Below, piece after piece: positions 44,042 to 55,773 of a DNA stretch of 64,000 nucleotides. This DNA is from Carpediemonas membranifera BICM (Eukaryota > Protista > Fornicata). Each line of letters begins with the position of its first letter. Positions within the stretch are counted from its first letter, which is position 1. The notes beneath the pieces are model-generated. The model was given only the letters and a program-made list of their open reading frames with translations. It had not been told where the DNA came from and made no database searches. A program made the position numbers and the translations under genes. The DNA is taken from the NCBI GenBank assembly GCA_019828565.1, contig JAHDYR010000042.1, positions 36,548 to 100,547 on the forward strand, read 5' to 3'.

Positions 44042-44621
44042 CCTCTCTCCCCCGTGCTCTCCCCCGTGCTCTCTCCCGGACGTTCCCCCGGGCTCTCTTC
44101 TCCCGGGGCTCTCTCCCCCGTGCTCTCTCTTGGACGTTCCCCCGGGCTCTCTTCTCCCGTGCTCTCTCCCCCGTGCTCTCTCTTGGACGTTCCCCCGGGC
44201 TCTCTCCCCCGTGCTCTCTCCCGGACGTTCCCCCGGGCTCTCTTCTCCCGGGCTCTCTCCCCCGGGCTCTCTTCTCCTGGGGCTCTCTCCCCTGTGCTCT
44301 CCCCCGGGCTCTCTCCCGGACGTTCCCCCGGGCTCTCTTCTCCTGGGGCTCTCTCCCCCGTGCTCTCTCCTGGACGTTCCCCCGGGCTCTCTTCTCCTGG
44401 GGCTCTCTTCTCCTGGGGCTCTCTCCCCCGTGCTCTCTCCCCCGTGCTCTCTCTTGGACGTTCCCCCGGGCTCTCTCCCCCGTGCTCTCTCCCGGACGTT
44501 CCCCCGGGCTCTCTTCTCCCGGGCTCTCTCCCCCGGGCTCTTCTCCCGGACGTTCCCCCGGGCTCTCTTCTCCTGGGGCTCTCTCCCCCGGGCTCTCCCC
44601 CGGGCTCTCTCCCGGACGTTC
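44042..44621. repeat. Tandem satellite B: pyrimidine-rich CTCTCTCCCCCG(T/G)G / GGACGTTCCCCCGGG units
   Basis: Directly visible. Confidence 0.95.
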
Positions 44622-44653
44622 CAGAAGAGACAATGGCTATTTCTGGAATCCAA

Positions 44654-44909
44654 TGGACAGTTGGTGGCAGTATTGATGTTGTTTATGCAATTAAAGTTCC
44701 TATCGTTTCTTCTAGCTCGTTCCTTGTGTGGTTTCGTGGTTCCTTTGACTCGTTTGATGTTGTTATTGAGTATCATGGGCCATAGCGGCCGTCAGACGCT
44801 ATTGATGTGTTATTATGCAAGCTTATATCCTCAATAAAGCTCTATAGCTCATTGGCACTGAGAAAATAGTGGGAAGTCGGTTCCCACTATTGGTGCACTT
44901 TATGGCTCG
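44654..44909 (+). repeat. 256-bp direct repeat, copy 1
   Basis: Matches 53846-54101 with one mismatch seen; contains AATAAA and hairpin AATAGTGGGAA-gtcgg-TTCCCACTATT. Confidence 0.95.
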
Positions 44910-45511
44910 ATCTCAATCCGCTGGTCTCCGACAGGCAAGAGAGCGAGACAGGAATAAATGAATGTATATCTGACTGTCTGGTCAGCTGCGCCAAGTCGAT
45001 GGCTTAGTCAGTGTTTGAGTCATTCCCACGACATATTTACTTCGTTCATTTACTTCTGATGCTTTTCCTGCTCTCTCTTCTCCATCAGGTCGTCATACTC
45101 GGCCCTCGTCAGCCTCACAGTTGTCATCCCGGCATCACGGATGTGCTCAAAGGCCTCAACGGGCAGCTTCGGCATCCCGTCCTCGCTGTCGCTGCTGCTG
45201 CCCAAGTCTGACTCGCTCTCGTGATAGCGGCGAAGGCGAATGCGTCTGCTGGGCTCCCTGGTCTTCATAGCGTCATAGAGCGGAGCGAGCCCACTTCCAT
45301 TGGCCCCGCTACGGACACCCTCATCGGTATCTCTCTCAGACATATCACACTCAACCTGTTGTGACTGAAGAAATGACAGGTTGTCGACGAGGCTATCCTC
45401 GGCATCGCTGTCTGAACTCTCCTCATCCTCCCACTCTCCTTCCAGCATCTCCAACCCGGCCTCATCGTCAAACTCGCCCTCCCCCGTGTCGCCCCCCTCG
45501 GGCTTACGCTG

Positions 45512-48500
45512 TGTGGTATGGATAGAACAGCTAGCGAAAGAGGTTTAATCAATTGATTGGGACACTACCCCTCTCCTCGAGGTGACGGCGCACGACGGAC
45601 GTGCGGGCGGCGTCAGAGTTGGGACCCTCCCACGTGGCCTTAGCCTCAGGGAAGCCGAGCCACTTAATGAGGAGGTCGCCAGTCTCGTCGTCGACCTCTA
45701 GGACTTTCTCGACGTAATACTCCTCGTCGTCGGTAGCCGCGATGCGCAACAGTTCGGCGTCGCTGAGGGGGCCTTGGCAGATGCGGATTAACTGGCTCAG
45801 GTGGACCCGGCGGCTCTTGCCGCCAGTGAGCGGCGTGATCTCCGCTGCGTAACCGTCGGCGGCTGTGATGCGGAATGGGCCGCGGTGGCCGTGTAGCTTC
45901 GTGGGGCTCTCGTTCTTACGAAGGACCAGAGTGCCCGGCTCGATCGGGGGCGTCGGCTCTGCGGTCCTTGTCATTGCCTGCTGGCGGTTGAGGGCCTGGT
46001 CGGCGAGGATCTGGAGGTGCTCGGTGAGCGCGTCGATGTAGGAGGCTATGTCGTCCAGGGGAGTATGAACTCTACCCTCCTCCTTGGGTGCGATCGTGAA
46101 GTCGCGAGCGGAGGCATGCTTGCCCATCAAGAGAGCAATGGGTTCGACGCCGGTGACGGAGTGGACCGTAGTGTTCAGGATGTACTGGACGTATGGGACC
46201 ACGGAGGCCCAGGCGTCGTAACGGTCAAACATCAGACAGAGCACACGTAAGTGTCGCTTGACTTCCTGGTTGCGTCTCTCGGCCAGGCCGTTTGACTGAG
46301 GGTGGAAAGGGATTGTCCGGTGGTACGTGACCTGCAAGCGATCAAGGAAAGCTTCTATCATCCGATTGCGGTACTCGGGGCCGTTGTCCGAAAGGAACTC
46401 GCGAGGCACACCGTAGCGTCCGATGATGGACCAAAGTGCCAGCCCGACCGTCGTCGCGTTGTTGGAAGCTGTGGGGATGAGCTCCGTGAAGCGGGTAAAC
46501 ATGTCGGTTGCCACCACGATGTATCTGAAACCCTCGGAGTCGACAGGGAAAGGACCCATGGTGTCTACAGCAATGGTCTGGAAGGGTCGGTCGCGCAGAG
46601 AAGACTGCGTTGTGGTCTTAATGAAAGCGGAGAGGCGTGCCTTAGCGCAGTACACGCAGGTTGACACGACTGCGTGCACGTCGGAGTGGAGGCCTGGCCA
46701 ATCGTGCCCAAGCTGGCGGACGTTCCTGATGGTGGCCTGCTCGCCCTCGTGGTATCGGTGAGCTTCTTGCACGATCTTGCGCTTGGCGTCTTCGTCGAGC
46801 TCGGCCTCTGAGACGTTGTTGACCTGCGTGACTGTGGCCTGCGGGTTGTATCGACTGAGTGCGTCGGCCAGTGTGTTCTGCGCGCCTGCGATGTGTCTGA
46901 TGACGAACTCGAACTCTTGGATCATAAGCAGCCAGCGGAGGTGCTTACGGTTTTCCTGGCCAGCCTTGGAGTGCAGGTAGACCAAGTTGCGGTGGTCCGT
47001 CCAGATCGTCAGGTCCTGGTGGACTCTAAAGATGGGCGAGAGGTCAGGCCGAGTGAGGCAGTAGATGATCGCGAACAGCTCCTGGTCGTACGTGCACCAA
47101 CGCGACTGTGTGTCGTTGAAGACCTTTGAGAAGAATGACACGACGCGCCATGTGTTGTCCGAGTCAAGCTGCAGTAAGACACCGCCGATGCCTTCGAGAG
47201 AGGCGTCGGTCTCGAGGCGCCAGGGCCTGCTCTGGTCCGGATGGGCGAGGACCTCTTCGTCTGTCACGGCCTGCTTGAGCTGATCAAACAGAGCCTGAAG
47301 CGTGTCGTCCCAGTCGTTGAAGGTGTAGGGTGGGACCTTGCTGACCAAGGCCTGGAGCGGCTTGAGGCGTGTCTGGCAGTCGGGGATATAGTCACTGAGG
47401 TATGTGAACATACCGATGATCATGCGTAGGTCCTTGACCGAGTGAGGTGCGGCGAGGTCCTGCATGGATCTGACACGAGTAGGGCTCATGCGGCGGCCCT
47501 TGCCATCGACGATATCGCCGAGGATCTCGATAGACGTCGCCCCGAAGACACACTTGTCGCCGCGGAGGCAGACGTTGCGTTCCTCTGCGATACAGAGTAG
47601 GCGGTCGACGTGGTCTAGAAGCTCCTGAGGTGTCTTGGCTCGACCAAAGATGTCATCGATGTAGTTCTTCGTACCGTCGGCGCGCACAGGGGCAAGGATT
47701 GCCTGGATGGCCCGCTGGAACTGTGACGGTAGGTTACGAAGACCAAAGGGTGCAAAGTTGTACTCTTTGAACCGGCCTGGCAGCGTTATAGCGGTGAGGT
47801 ACTTGTGGTCTTCGCGTACTGGCATTTGATGAAAACCTGACCGGAGGTCCTAAGCGAAGAAGTACTTGGCACCGATGAAGTCGTTGGTGAAGGTGCGGAT
47901 ATCTGCGAGGGGAACCTGTCTGGTGTAGTTACCGAGTTAAGCTCGCGGTAGTCGGCGCAAAGTCGTGACTCGCTTGACTTCTTCACTACGATGACGGCTG
48001 CGGATGCCACGTGGCTGTAGGAATCGCGTACGATGCCCTGTCTGTCCATGTCGTCGATAATCTCGTGCACTCTTTCGGCGGTGGATGCCGTGAGCGGTCG
48101 AGGGGCATGGTTGGGTAGGGGTGCGCCTGGCACGATGTCAATCGTTGCGGCGGCGATCTGGGCGCCGTCAGGGTGCAGCTCGCCGAATACCGGTGCGTGC
48201 CGGCGGATGACATCAGCCATCTCGGCTTTGAGCGGGAAGTCGCTTGCGATGCGTGTGCCAAGTGGGCCCGCGTCGTCGCTGACGATGTTGTTGACTGCGT
48301 GGAAGTCATCGGTCTGGTCGTCGGGGAGGCCTTCGTCCTCGCCGTCGTGAACTTTGCGGGCGGAGGCGAAGCATGATGCCCTCGTCGGACATGAGGCCTA
48401 AGAACCACAATATATCCGAGCCGATGAGGACCTTATCGGCCCTGCCGCTGATGACGTGCAGGGGGCCAATCGATGATCGTTCGGCGGTCGCCCAAGCGGT

Positions 48501-50039
48501 CCGCGACCAGCGTTGTCTCGAAGGTGCCGTGTTGCTGGAGACCTTGGTCGTCAGGGCCCGTCAGCTGGACCATGTCGGGGCCCCTCCTGCCAAACTGGGC
48601 GAGTGCGTTGGCGAGGTCCAGCGAGATGGTGGACACTACGGAGCCAGGGTCGACCGTCGCTGAGATAAGCGTGTCACCTATCGTCACTGGAATCCGGAGA
48701 AGCCGGCCCGGCGAGTAAGCGTGCTCGGCATGCTCTACGTTCTGAACGCTGCCTTGTTGGGGCTTGTTGGGGGGTGTCGGTGTGAATGGTGTGGCCTGCT
48801 TGGGGTTCTGCCTGAACTGCCAAGGACCCTTCGACGTCGATGGTTGCTGGGGCTGCTGTGGTTGTCCAGCGGCCTGTCGTTGGGGACCAACTGCCTGCGG
48901 CTGGCGTGACTGGTTCTGCTGGGCGGCTGAGGCTTGGTGTGGTGTGCGTTGAGAGGCCTGGCCCTGGCGGGGATCTTGAGGTTGGCGGCCCGCCGGTGTG
49001 GCTCTGTTAGCCTGACTCTGGCGCTTCAGCAGCCGGCACTCTTCAGTAGAGTGGCCGCCGGGACCGTGGACGCGGCAGGTCTTGCGGCCGTTGCCCGGTG
49101 TAGCGGGGACCTTGGCGCCTGCCATGGGACCGGAGGTCCTCTGGCAGAAGGACCAAGGCGTGACGATCGTCCCATCGGAGTTAGTTGGCAAAGCCAGGAT
49201 GCGGTGCTGGACGTCATCGATGGTGGTGGCGCCGTCGGCGAAATCCTCGAAGGCGAGGGCGGCTTCGGTGACGTCAAAACCGCGGGTCAGCACGCGGAAA
49301 AGCGTGGATATCAGCCTCTTCTCGGTGAGGGGCGTGTAACCGTTTTCTTCTGTCGGGAACTTGGGGTTCAGCTGGCGACAGTGCTTGCCGAAAGCTAGGA
49401 ACATCTTCTGCATAGAGGTGATGTCTCCACCTGTGAGCGTGGTCCTTTCCAGGATCGCCGCCGCGCGAGCGGCTGGGTTGGCCCGCTGGGCGGGTGTCAG
49501 CTCGAAGTACGCGGTGTAGGTGAGCAAGAGGTCCGCCCGCTCGCGGAGCTCCTCCCTCGAGAGGCGCTCTGAGGCGTTGGTCGAGGTGTCTGGGGCCGTC
49601 GGTGGCGGACTGACCGCCTTGAGGGCTGCGGTGATGAAGGCCTGCTTCAGCTCGTCTGAAGCGATCGAGGAAGCCGCTTGGGTGTCTATATCCTTGAGCT
49701 TGGCCAGGAGAGCGCTGAGCTCCTCGGCCGATTTGTCGTCGTCGTTCTTCTCGGGTTCATTCTGCTCGGAAGGCTTATGAATGGGAGGACGGATCTCTGT
49801 CTCAAAGAAGCATTGGAAATCCTCGAATGTTGGGAATCTCGTTGTCGGGATGAACGCCGCGCGGATTTCGGCTAGTTTCTCGCTCCCGAGGAAAAAGAGG
49901 ATGCTAGACGGCTGCTTTTTGCTTGCAACATGAAGACGATACTCGTCTAAACGGCTGTTGCTGACTAAAACCATGACAGTGATCACTGTGGTATGGATAG
50001 AACAGCTAGCGAAAGAGGTTTAATCAATTGATTGGGACA
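45512..50039 (-). mobile_element. Full-length chromodomain Ty3/gypsy retrotransposon E2 with 53-bp LTRs
   Basis: Identical LTRs 45512-45564 and 49987-50039; 5-bp TSD CGCTG; PPT GAGGAGAGGGGTAG; gag-PR-RT-RH-IN-chromodomain. Confidence 0.97.
45549..49974 (-). CDS. Gag-Pol polyprotein of E2 (several apparent frameshifts at 47830-48480)
   Basis: CRVHGPGGHSTEEC knuckle, VDPGS protease, YIDD, TDASLEG, VDTMGP/SDNGPEY/ERRNQE; chromodomain LLIKWLGF. Stop codon lies inside the 3' LTR. Confidence 0.9.
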
Positions 50040-50900
50040 CGCTGGTCGTGGAGCTGGACCATCCTAATCCTGAGCTTGTTGTAAAGCCAGTCATCGAGCG
50101 TCGGCGGCACCAGGTCGGCAGAGCTTCGGATCTCCGGGTTGAGATCGAGGATCGTTGGGCGTCGCGTGGTCGTTAAGTGACTGGACGCCAACTGATGCCT
50201 GAACTGCTCATCGGTCAGGCTGATGCGCTTGTCCTTAATGACCTTACGAACCTTGATCGGATCCCTGGGCCTGCCAGTCCGTCTTTGTGTCTCAATCACC
50301 CGCTTCTTGAGCTGATTGAGATCGACATGCACAGTGGGCGCATAGCGAAGCTGGTTAACACTCAGCCCGACCGACTTGAGAGCCTGCGAGAAGGTGCTAG
50401 GCATCACAGCGGACATCGCAGATGGTGCCCCGGTGAATAGCAACCAGTCAGAGAGTTCCGGGGGAATCTGGAGCTCGCTCACATCAATATCGCGGGCTGA
50501 TGTGGCAGTCATGCCTGTGTGGCTGATGATAAGAGCCAGCGCATTGTAGGGGAAGACTAGTCGGACAATAGCTTCCAATGCGACAGGCTCAAACTGCCCA
50601 AGCGGCTTGACATTGTCTCTGCCGGAGTTTCGGAATGAGTTGACGGCACTGAGAGTGACAGCAGCGGTTGCCTTGTTCAATGATGCAGCAAAACCGGGCA
50701 CAAGCGATCTAACCTCCTCGGATCGGATCACGGAGAGCGCTTCATCCTCGGTACTCCCTCGCTCACGTTGTAAGAATTGAACGAACCGCGAAAGGTTGTT
50801 TGCGACCGCTTTCCGGGAAGATTTCTTCTTAATCTTGTTCAACCAAGCTTCTTTCATAGCTTCCATGGTTGTTTCCATCTCCTGCGGGCTTCCTTCCATC

Positions 50901-51230
50901 GATATACGGATTTCAGACTTTCGTCATGCACAAAAATTCGAATCTCTCCAAATGCCCAAAACAGTGGTCAAACCGTGTTCAGGGGTACAATAGAGTGCCA
51001 TAGGCACGTTCTTGCATTTCAAAATATTCTAGAGGTCGTTCATAAATTCTCAGATGGCCAACAGTACGAAAGTCTGAAATCCATTTATCATGAGACCCGA
51101 CAAATTTGAAATCCATTTATCGGGTGGATACATCACTGTAGAGGGTATTCATGGATATAGGTGCCTTTTCGGTGCCGAGGGGAGTCAACATTTGAGGTCG
51201 TGCAGGCAGAAAGTCTGAAATCCGTTTATC
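50901..51230. promoter_or_regulatory. Cluster of 22-bp motifs GAAAGTCTGAAATCCRTWTATC upstream of the YR-like gene
   Basis: Inverted copy 50901-50922; direct copies 51068-51089 and 51209-51230; partial copy 51107-51121. Regulatory role is inferred. Confidence 0.55.
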
Positions 51231-52014
51231 TCACCACTGCTCAGTGTTCATGGCAGACAACGGCTTCCTGGCGACGCCTGGGGTGTAAGGATTCGCTTGC
51301 CTCTGTGTTGTCGCATCAGCTTCGCTGAAAACGGGGGAACTGACCCGCGCATTCGCGCACTTTATGCTCGCAACGAGATTGAAATGGCGAACTTAAGAAT
51401 AGAAAGAATACTGGCGGCTTTAACGTAGTAGGCATGTACACAACACTAAGAAACATCAGTTGGCGGGCGCAGAGCATCACTAAAGCAACAATAATCCCTA
51501 AACAACATCAATCATCATAAGTCCATCAGGACCATACGATATGAACAATAAATGAACCACAGAGCAGTATAGATGATTTGAGAGTACCAGGCATGGCCAG
51601 AATACCGCAATACTCGCCCGTTGATCCACGTGACCTCCATCTTGGTCGGTATCCAGAGAACGCCCGTCAGACGCTTGCAACGGAACATTTAGGGGGTGCA
51701 TCCTGAATGGGGCCAGATTTGAGGGACCCTTGGTCTGACATGCCATGACCGAGTACTCTAGGGGCCTCCACAGTGCGTCCCGAGGTACGTTATAGCACCA
51801 CAGACTTGGTGTGTCTTAGCCTGCACCGCCCGAAAGCTCGCCGGATCACTCCCCATACGTTATATCGCCATTCAGTCCACATAATGGGTGTTTTCGGAGC
51901 GATTATATCCCCCGTTTGTATGGTATAACGTTTCCGACACCCCGTTGCCTACGGTTACTGGCAATTTTCTCATCTCTGTTATATGTCCATTATTGGGATA
52001 TAACGAAGAGAAGA

Positions 52015-53773
52015 ATGACGTTCGAATTCCTTCACGAGTGGATCGAGAGCACCTCAGATGATGTGATTGAGGCCGTTATCACCGAATTCAAGGAGAAGAA
52101 GACAAACAAGGCGAAGAGTGCCGTTCTTCGGGACAAATTGCTCGACGAGAACGATATCTTCGATATAGTCGTCAAGAACGGTACGTAATTGGTGCAAATG
52201 TTTATATAGGGATCAACTTCAACCACCTGTGCTCATATTTCGAGATTCAGGGCGAGAAGAAGGCAGAACTCGAGGCATTGCTGTCTCAGCAGGTGCAGGA
52301 TAAGACCTCGAACGAGATCATCGAGGCAACCTTCACGGAGAAGGAGATGAAGGCGTTTGAGTCGGCCGCTGTCACAGCCTTCAAGAACTCCAAGAGGGCT
52401 GAGTATGCCAAGGAGAATGAGGGCGCGCGTATCGAAAAAGAGGCGCTGAGTGTCAAGGTTCGGGCGTGGCGCAACGCGACATCCACCAACGCGCTTGTGC
52501 GCGACCATGTCACAGCAATGGTTGCCAGGGTGCGCAGCAAGGAGGCAGACCTTGCTTACATGAAGCACTCCTGCCGCTCGTACTTCGAAGAGTACATCAT
52601 CGCCCTGGAATGGTTGGAGACCCCCGCGGGAGAAGGTACGCCCCTGCTCCCCCCAGGTACTGGCGCTATCATCGATTACTATCACAAAATTGTTCGAGGA
52701 TACAAGAAGAGAGTCAAGCAGTTGAGGAAGAGCTTGACGGCAAAGAGTGAGGAAGTCATCACGCTGCATCGACGCCTTCTGCAGCAGCAGGCTGAGCGAG
52801 AGGCAGCCTATGACGCTGACAAGTCCATAGATGCATCACTCCCATGCAGCCCCATCCCGCCACAGTCTGGCACAGTCTCCAGGACTTCCTGTCCCCGACG
52901 CGATACGGACGAGCCCGAGGCCTCCATGTCTGTGAAGCGCAAGGCCCTCATCATCACGCCCGAGAAGGCCAGGCCAGAGGACTCGGAGGAGGAGTCAGAG
53001 GAGGAGGAGATAGAGGAGGAGGTGACTGTTGAGAAGAAGGGTGAGTCAGATGAGGAGGACGTGACCAAATGCGACGCCTGTATCCAGACTGAGCCCGAGA
53101 AGGCCAGATCTGTGACCTGCGAGACTGGAACTGAGATGAACGAAGGTGACGACCGTACCCCGACAGATGACAAGGATGTCCAGACCGAGGAGAGAGAGGA
53201 CTGCCTGGACGAGTTCACACGTCACCTCCGGTCGAAGTTCAAGCCGTACAACCCCCCAGGCGATGGTGACTGTGTTGGCCACTGCCTCAGGCATGTGTCT
53301 AACGAGCGTGACGTACCGACAACAGATTGGCGTAAGCAGCTTCAAGCTGCTGCAGGGATTATGCAGAAGCGCGACCTACTTCCGGCAGACAATCAGCTCT
53401 TTTACAGCCATGCCAGTCAACAGGCAAGGGTGGCAAGAACGACAGTCTTCCATACTGCCGGGACACCGCAATTCAGGTCTGGTCACAGATTCACAACATG
53501 CCCATTGCATCCATCCAGGACGGCACAATCGTCTTCTTCCAGGGTAGAGACAAGGGTTACATCACCCTGACAAACACTAATGCGAGCATGTCCGTCATCC
53601 GTGTCATTGCAAACGTGATTGGCGTCAATGACTACATTTATATCTCCGGCACGCCAACTGACGTCACAGCACACGCGGAAGTGTACCATGCAACACCTGT
53701 TGAGCTGAGGAAGGCAGAATCGCACCTGTCTGCCCAACAGAACACAGAGGATGACTGTTATTTTGTGGAATGA
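52015..53773 (+). CDS. Coiled-coil/acidic protein with C-terminal OTU-like cysteine protease; intron 52181-52209; frameshift near 53415
   Basis: PPGDGDCVGHCL (OTU GDGxC), then in the shifted frame YCRDTAIQVWSQIHNMPI and TAHAEV. A 29-nt GT-AG intron joins the first exon in frame. Confidence 0.6.
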
Positions 53774-53845
53774 GTCAGTAGTAAATGAATGAATTGCGGT
53801 GGCGTCGTGGTGCTGCCGTGGTGCTGTTGGCTTTGGGGCGCTGAC

Positions 53846-54101
53846 TGGACAGCTGGTGGCAGTATTGATGTTGTTTATGCAATTAAAGTTCCTATCGTTT
53901 CTTCTAGCTCGTTCCTTGTGTGGTTTCGTGGTTCCTTTGACTCGTTTGATGTTGTTATTGAGTATCATGGGCCATAGCGGCCGTCAGACGCTATTGATGT
54001 GTTATTATGCAAGCTTATATCCTCAATAAAGCTCTATAGCTCATTGGCACTGAGAAAATAGTGGGAAGTCGGTTCCCACTATTGGTGCACTTTATGGCTC
54101 G
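53846..54101 (+). repeat. 256-bp direct repeat, copy 2
   Basis: Matches 44654-44909. Confidence 0.95.
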
Positions 54102-55510
54102 CAACGAGATTGAATGACGAACTCCGTCATCCGTGTCATTGCAAAAAGGTGATTAGCGTCAGTGACTACATTTATCTCCAACTCATCTACAAATGCAAAT
54201 ATCGAGTGTCTCCACCCCATCATCTCTGCAATCTCTGCAAAGACTGCCATGAGAACTACTCTGCAATTGCGGGAATCAAACTGAGTAAAACTGACTTGTG
54301 CTTGTGTTTTGGCGTGTCTTCGGTTGGGCTGTTGACTGACAGTGTTTATCGGCTGCTACAGGTTTCTCTCTATTTACAGATCTATTCACATCGAAAACTC
54401 GTTGTAATTTGCTATGTAGTATGAACAAAATGTCTTGATCCTTGCCGTGCAGCGCTTCATCTGCTCTAATTCACCATCAATGCGAGAATCAATGAAGTGC
54501 GCTCGTTGAATCCCATAAACAACGTCTAGCTCCAATTCTATCCCTTCAATCGTTAATGCTATACGTTTCGCCGGCGATACCGGCGTCGCTCGTGTGTTTT
54601 CTTCATCGGGCGTCATCTGAAATGCGCAGTTTATGCGGAGCCTGGTTGGCTGTATAAAAAGAGGTCCAGATGTGTATCTATCCCTGTATTGACTATCGTG
54701 CGTGGAAGAGCGGCGAGCTTCTGGAATCAACGGGGCGAATCTGCCCTGTGTATTCCGGCAGCGCACGGCCCTGCCACACGTCCTAACTCGTCATTAAGGT
54801 CGTTAGTGACCCTACAAACACTCATGCGCGCATCATCCTACCTTTCATTAACGAGATTGGCTCTCGCGCCGCCCCAAATGGCCGTATGAACCAGGCGCTT
54901 GCCGGTCGCAACCTTTCGTCATCAATAGAACTCTATGCTCGCCACTTCACTGTTCCAGCGGGGTTATGTTGCCAATCGGGACGTTTCAGATGTCTGAGCG
55001 AGCGATACTGAGTAAAAGCCGACTTGATATTGATTAGTTGTGGGAAAAGAGGCTTATGCCATCTAGAATGATCGAAAGCATGCTCAGATGGGCACATATC
55101 TCGAATGCTGTCTTGCTATGAGCTCTATCACAGTCATTTCTGGATATCTCCGACATTGCTTCCGTCATTACCAATTTTTTTCATGCAGGCGGCGTGACCT
55201 TAAACTGAACAATAACAATAACTCCCCCAATTGGAAGAGTTCACACCTGAAACCATTATGCCTGAGGTTTCAGCCAAGGGCGAGTACATTGCCGTCTTTT
55301 TAATTCCAATAACTTTAACTTTTTCTTCGCGTTGACCGCCCAAGAATGTTCTCCTTACACGACGGTCTGGGCATCATCGTGTAGTAATACTTGTGTTTAC
55401 TCGGCCTCTTGGTTTTTAGTTGCAGCGTAGAAAAATTCCCTGAGCTGTGCGCTCATCAATAACGCCTCTCGACTTGGCCCGAGTCTTTTGCTAAAAATCT
55501 CGAGATCTGT

Positions 55511-55593
55511 TCTGTCCCCTTCGCAGATTTTTGTTGGATCACAAGCACTACTGGTGTAGATCAGATCCTGCAAAAAACTGCGAAGGGGACAGA
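55511..55593. repeat. Inverted repeat/hairpin with 16-bp perfect arms
   Basis: TCTGTCCCCTTCGCAG (55511-55526) and CTGCGAAGGGGACAGA (55578-55593), with further imperfect pairing inside. Confidence 0.85.
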
Positions 55594-55773
55594 GCCAAAG
55601 TGGTCGAACTTGAAAAAAATGGCTCTCGTCGTCAAGAAGAAGTCACCCATACTCAGGTCACAGCTTAGCCCACAGTTAGCCATCAATGCAGTGAATAGAG
55701 AACTAGTACTGCTACCCAGCCATACCATTCTTATTTACTGACAGAGCCTGGTTCCTCTGATTAATTCAAACGT

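Larger units (their letters stand above)
45050..50899 (-). pseudogene. Tyrosine-recombinase-like gene (~440 aa) split by E2 (parts 50899-50040 and 45506-45050)
   Basis: Removing E2 and one TSD gives the in-frame join HDQR-KPEGGDTGEGEFDDEAGLEMLEGEW. The N-terminus resembles a YR core-binding domain; HTGMTATS and SVNQLRY resemble degenerate boxes A and B. Confidence 0.6.

Noticed and set aside
42248-44837. Long ORFs across the satellites
   Set aside because: Stop-free by-products of tandem repeats, open in several frames on both strands.
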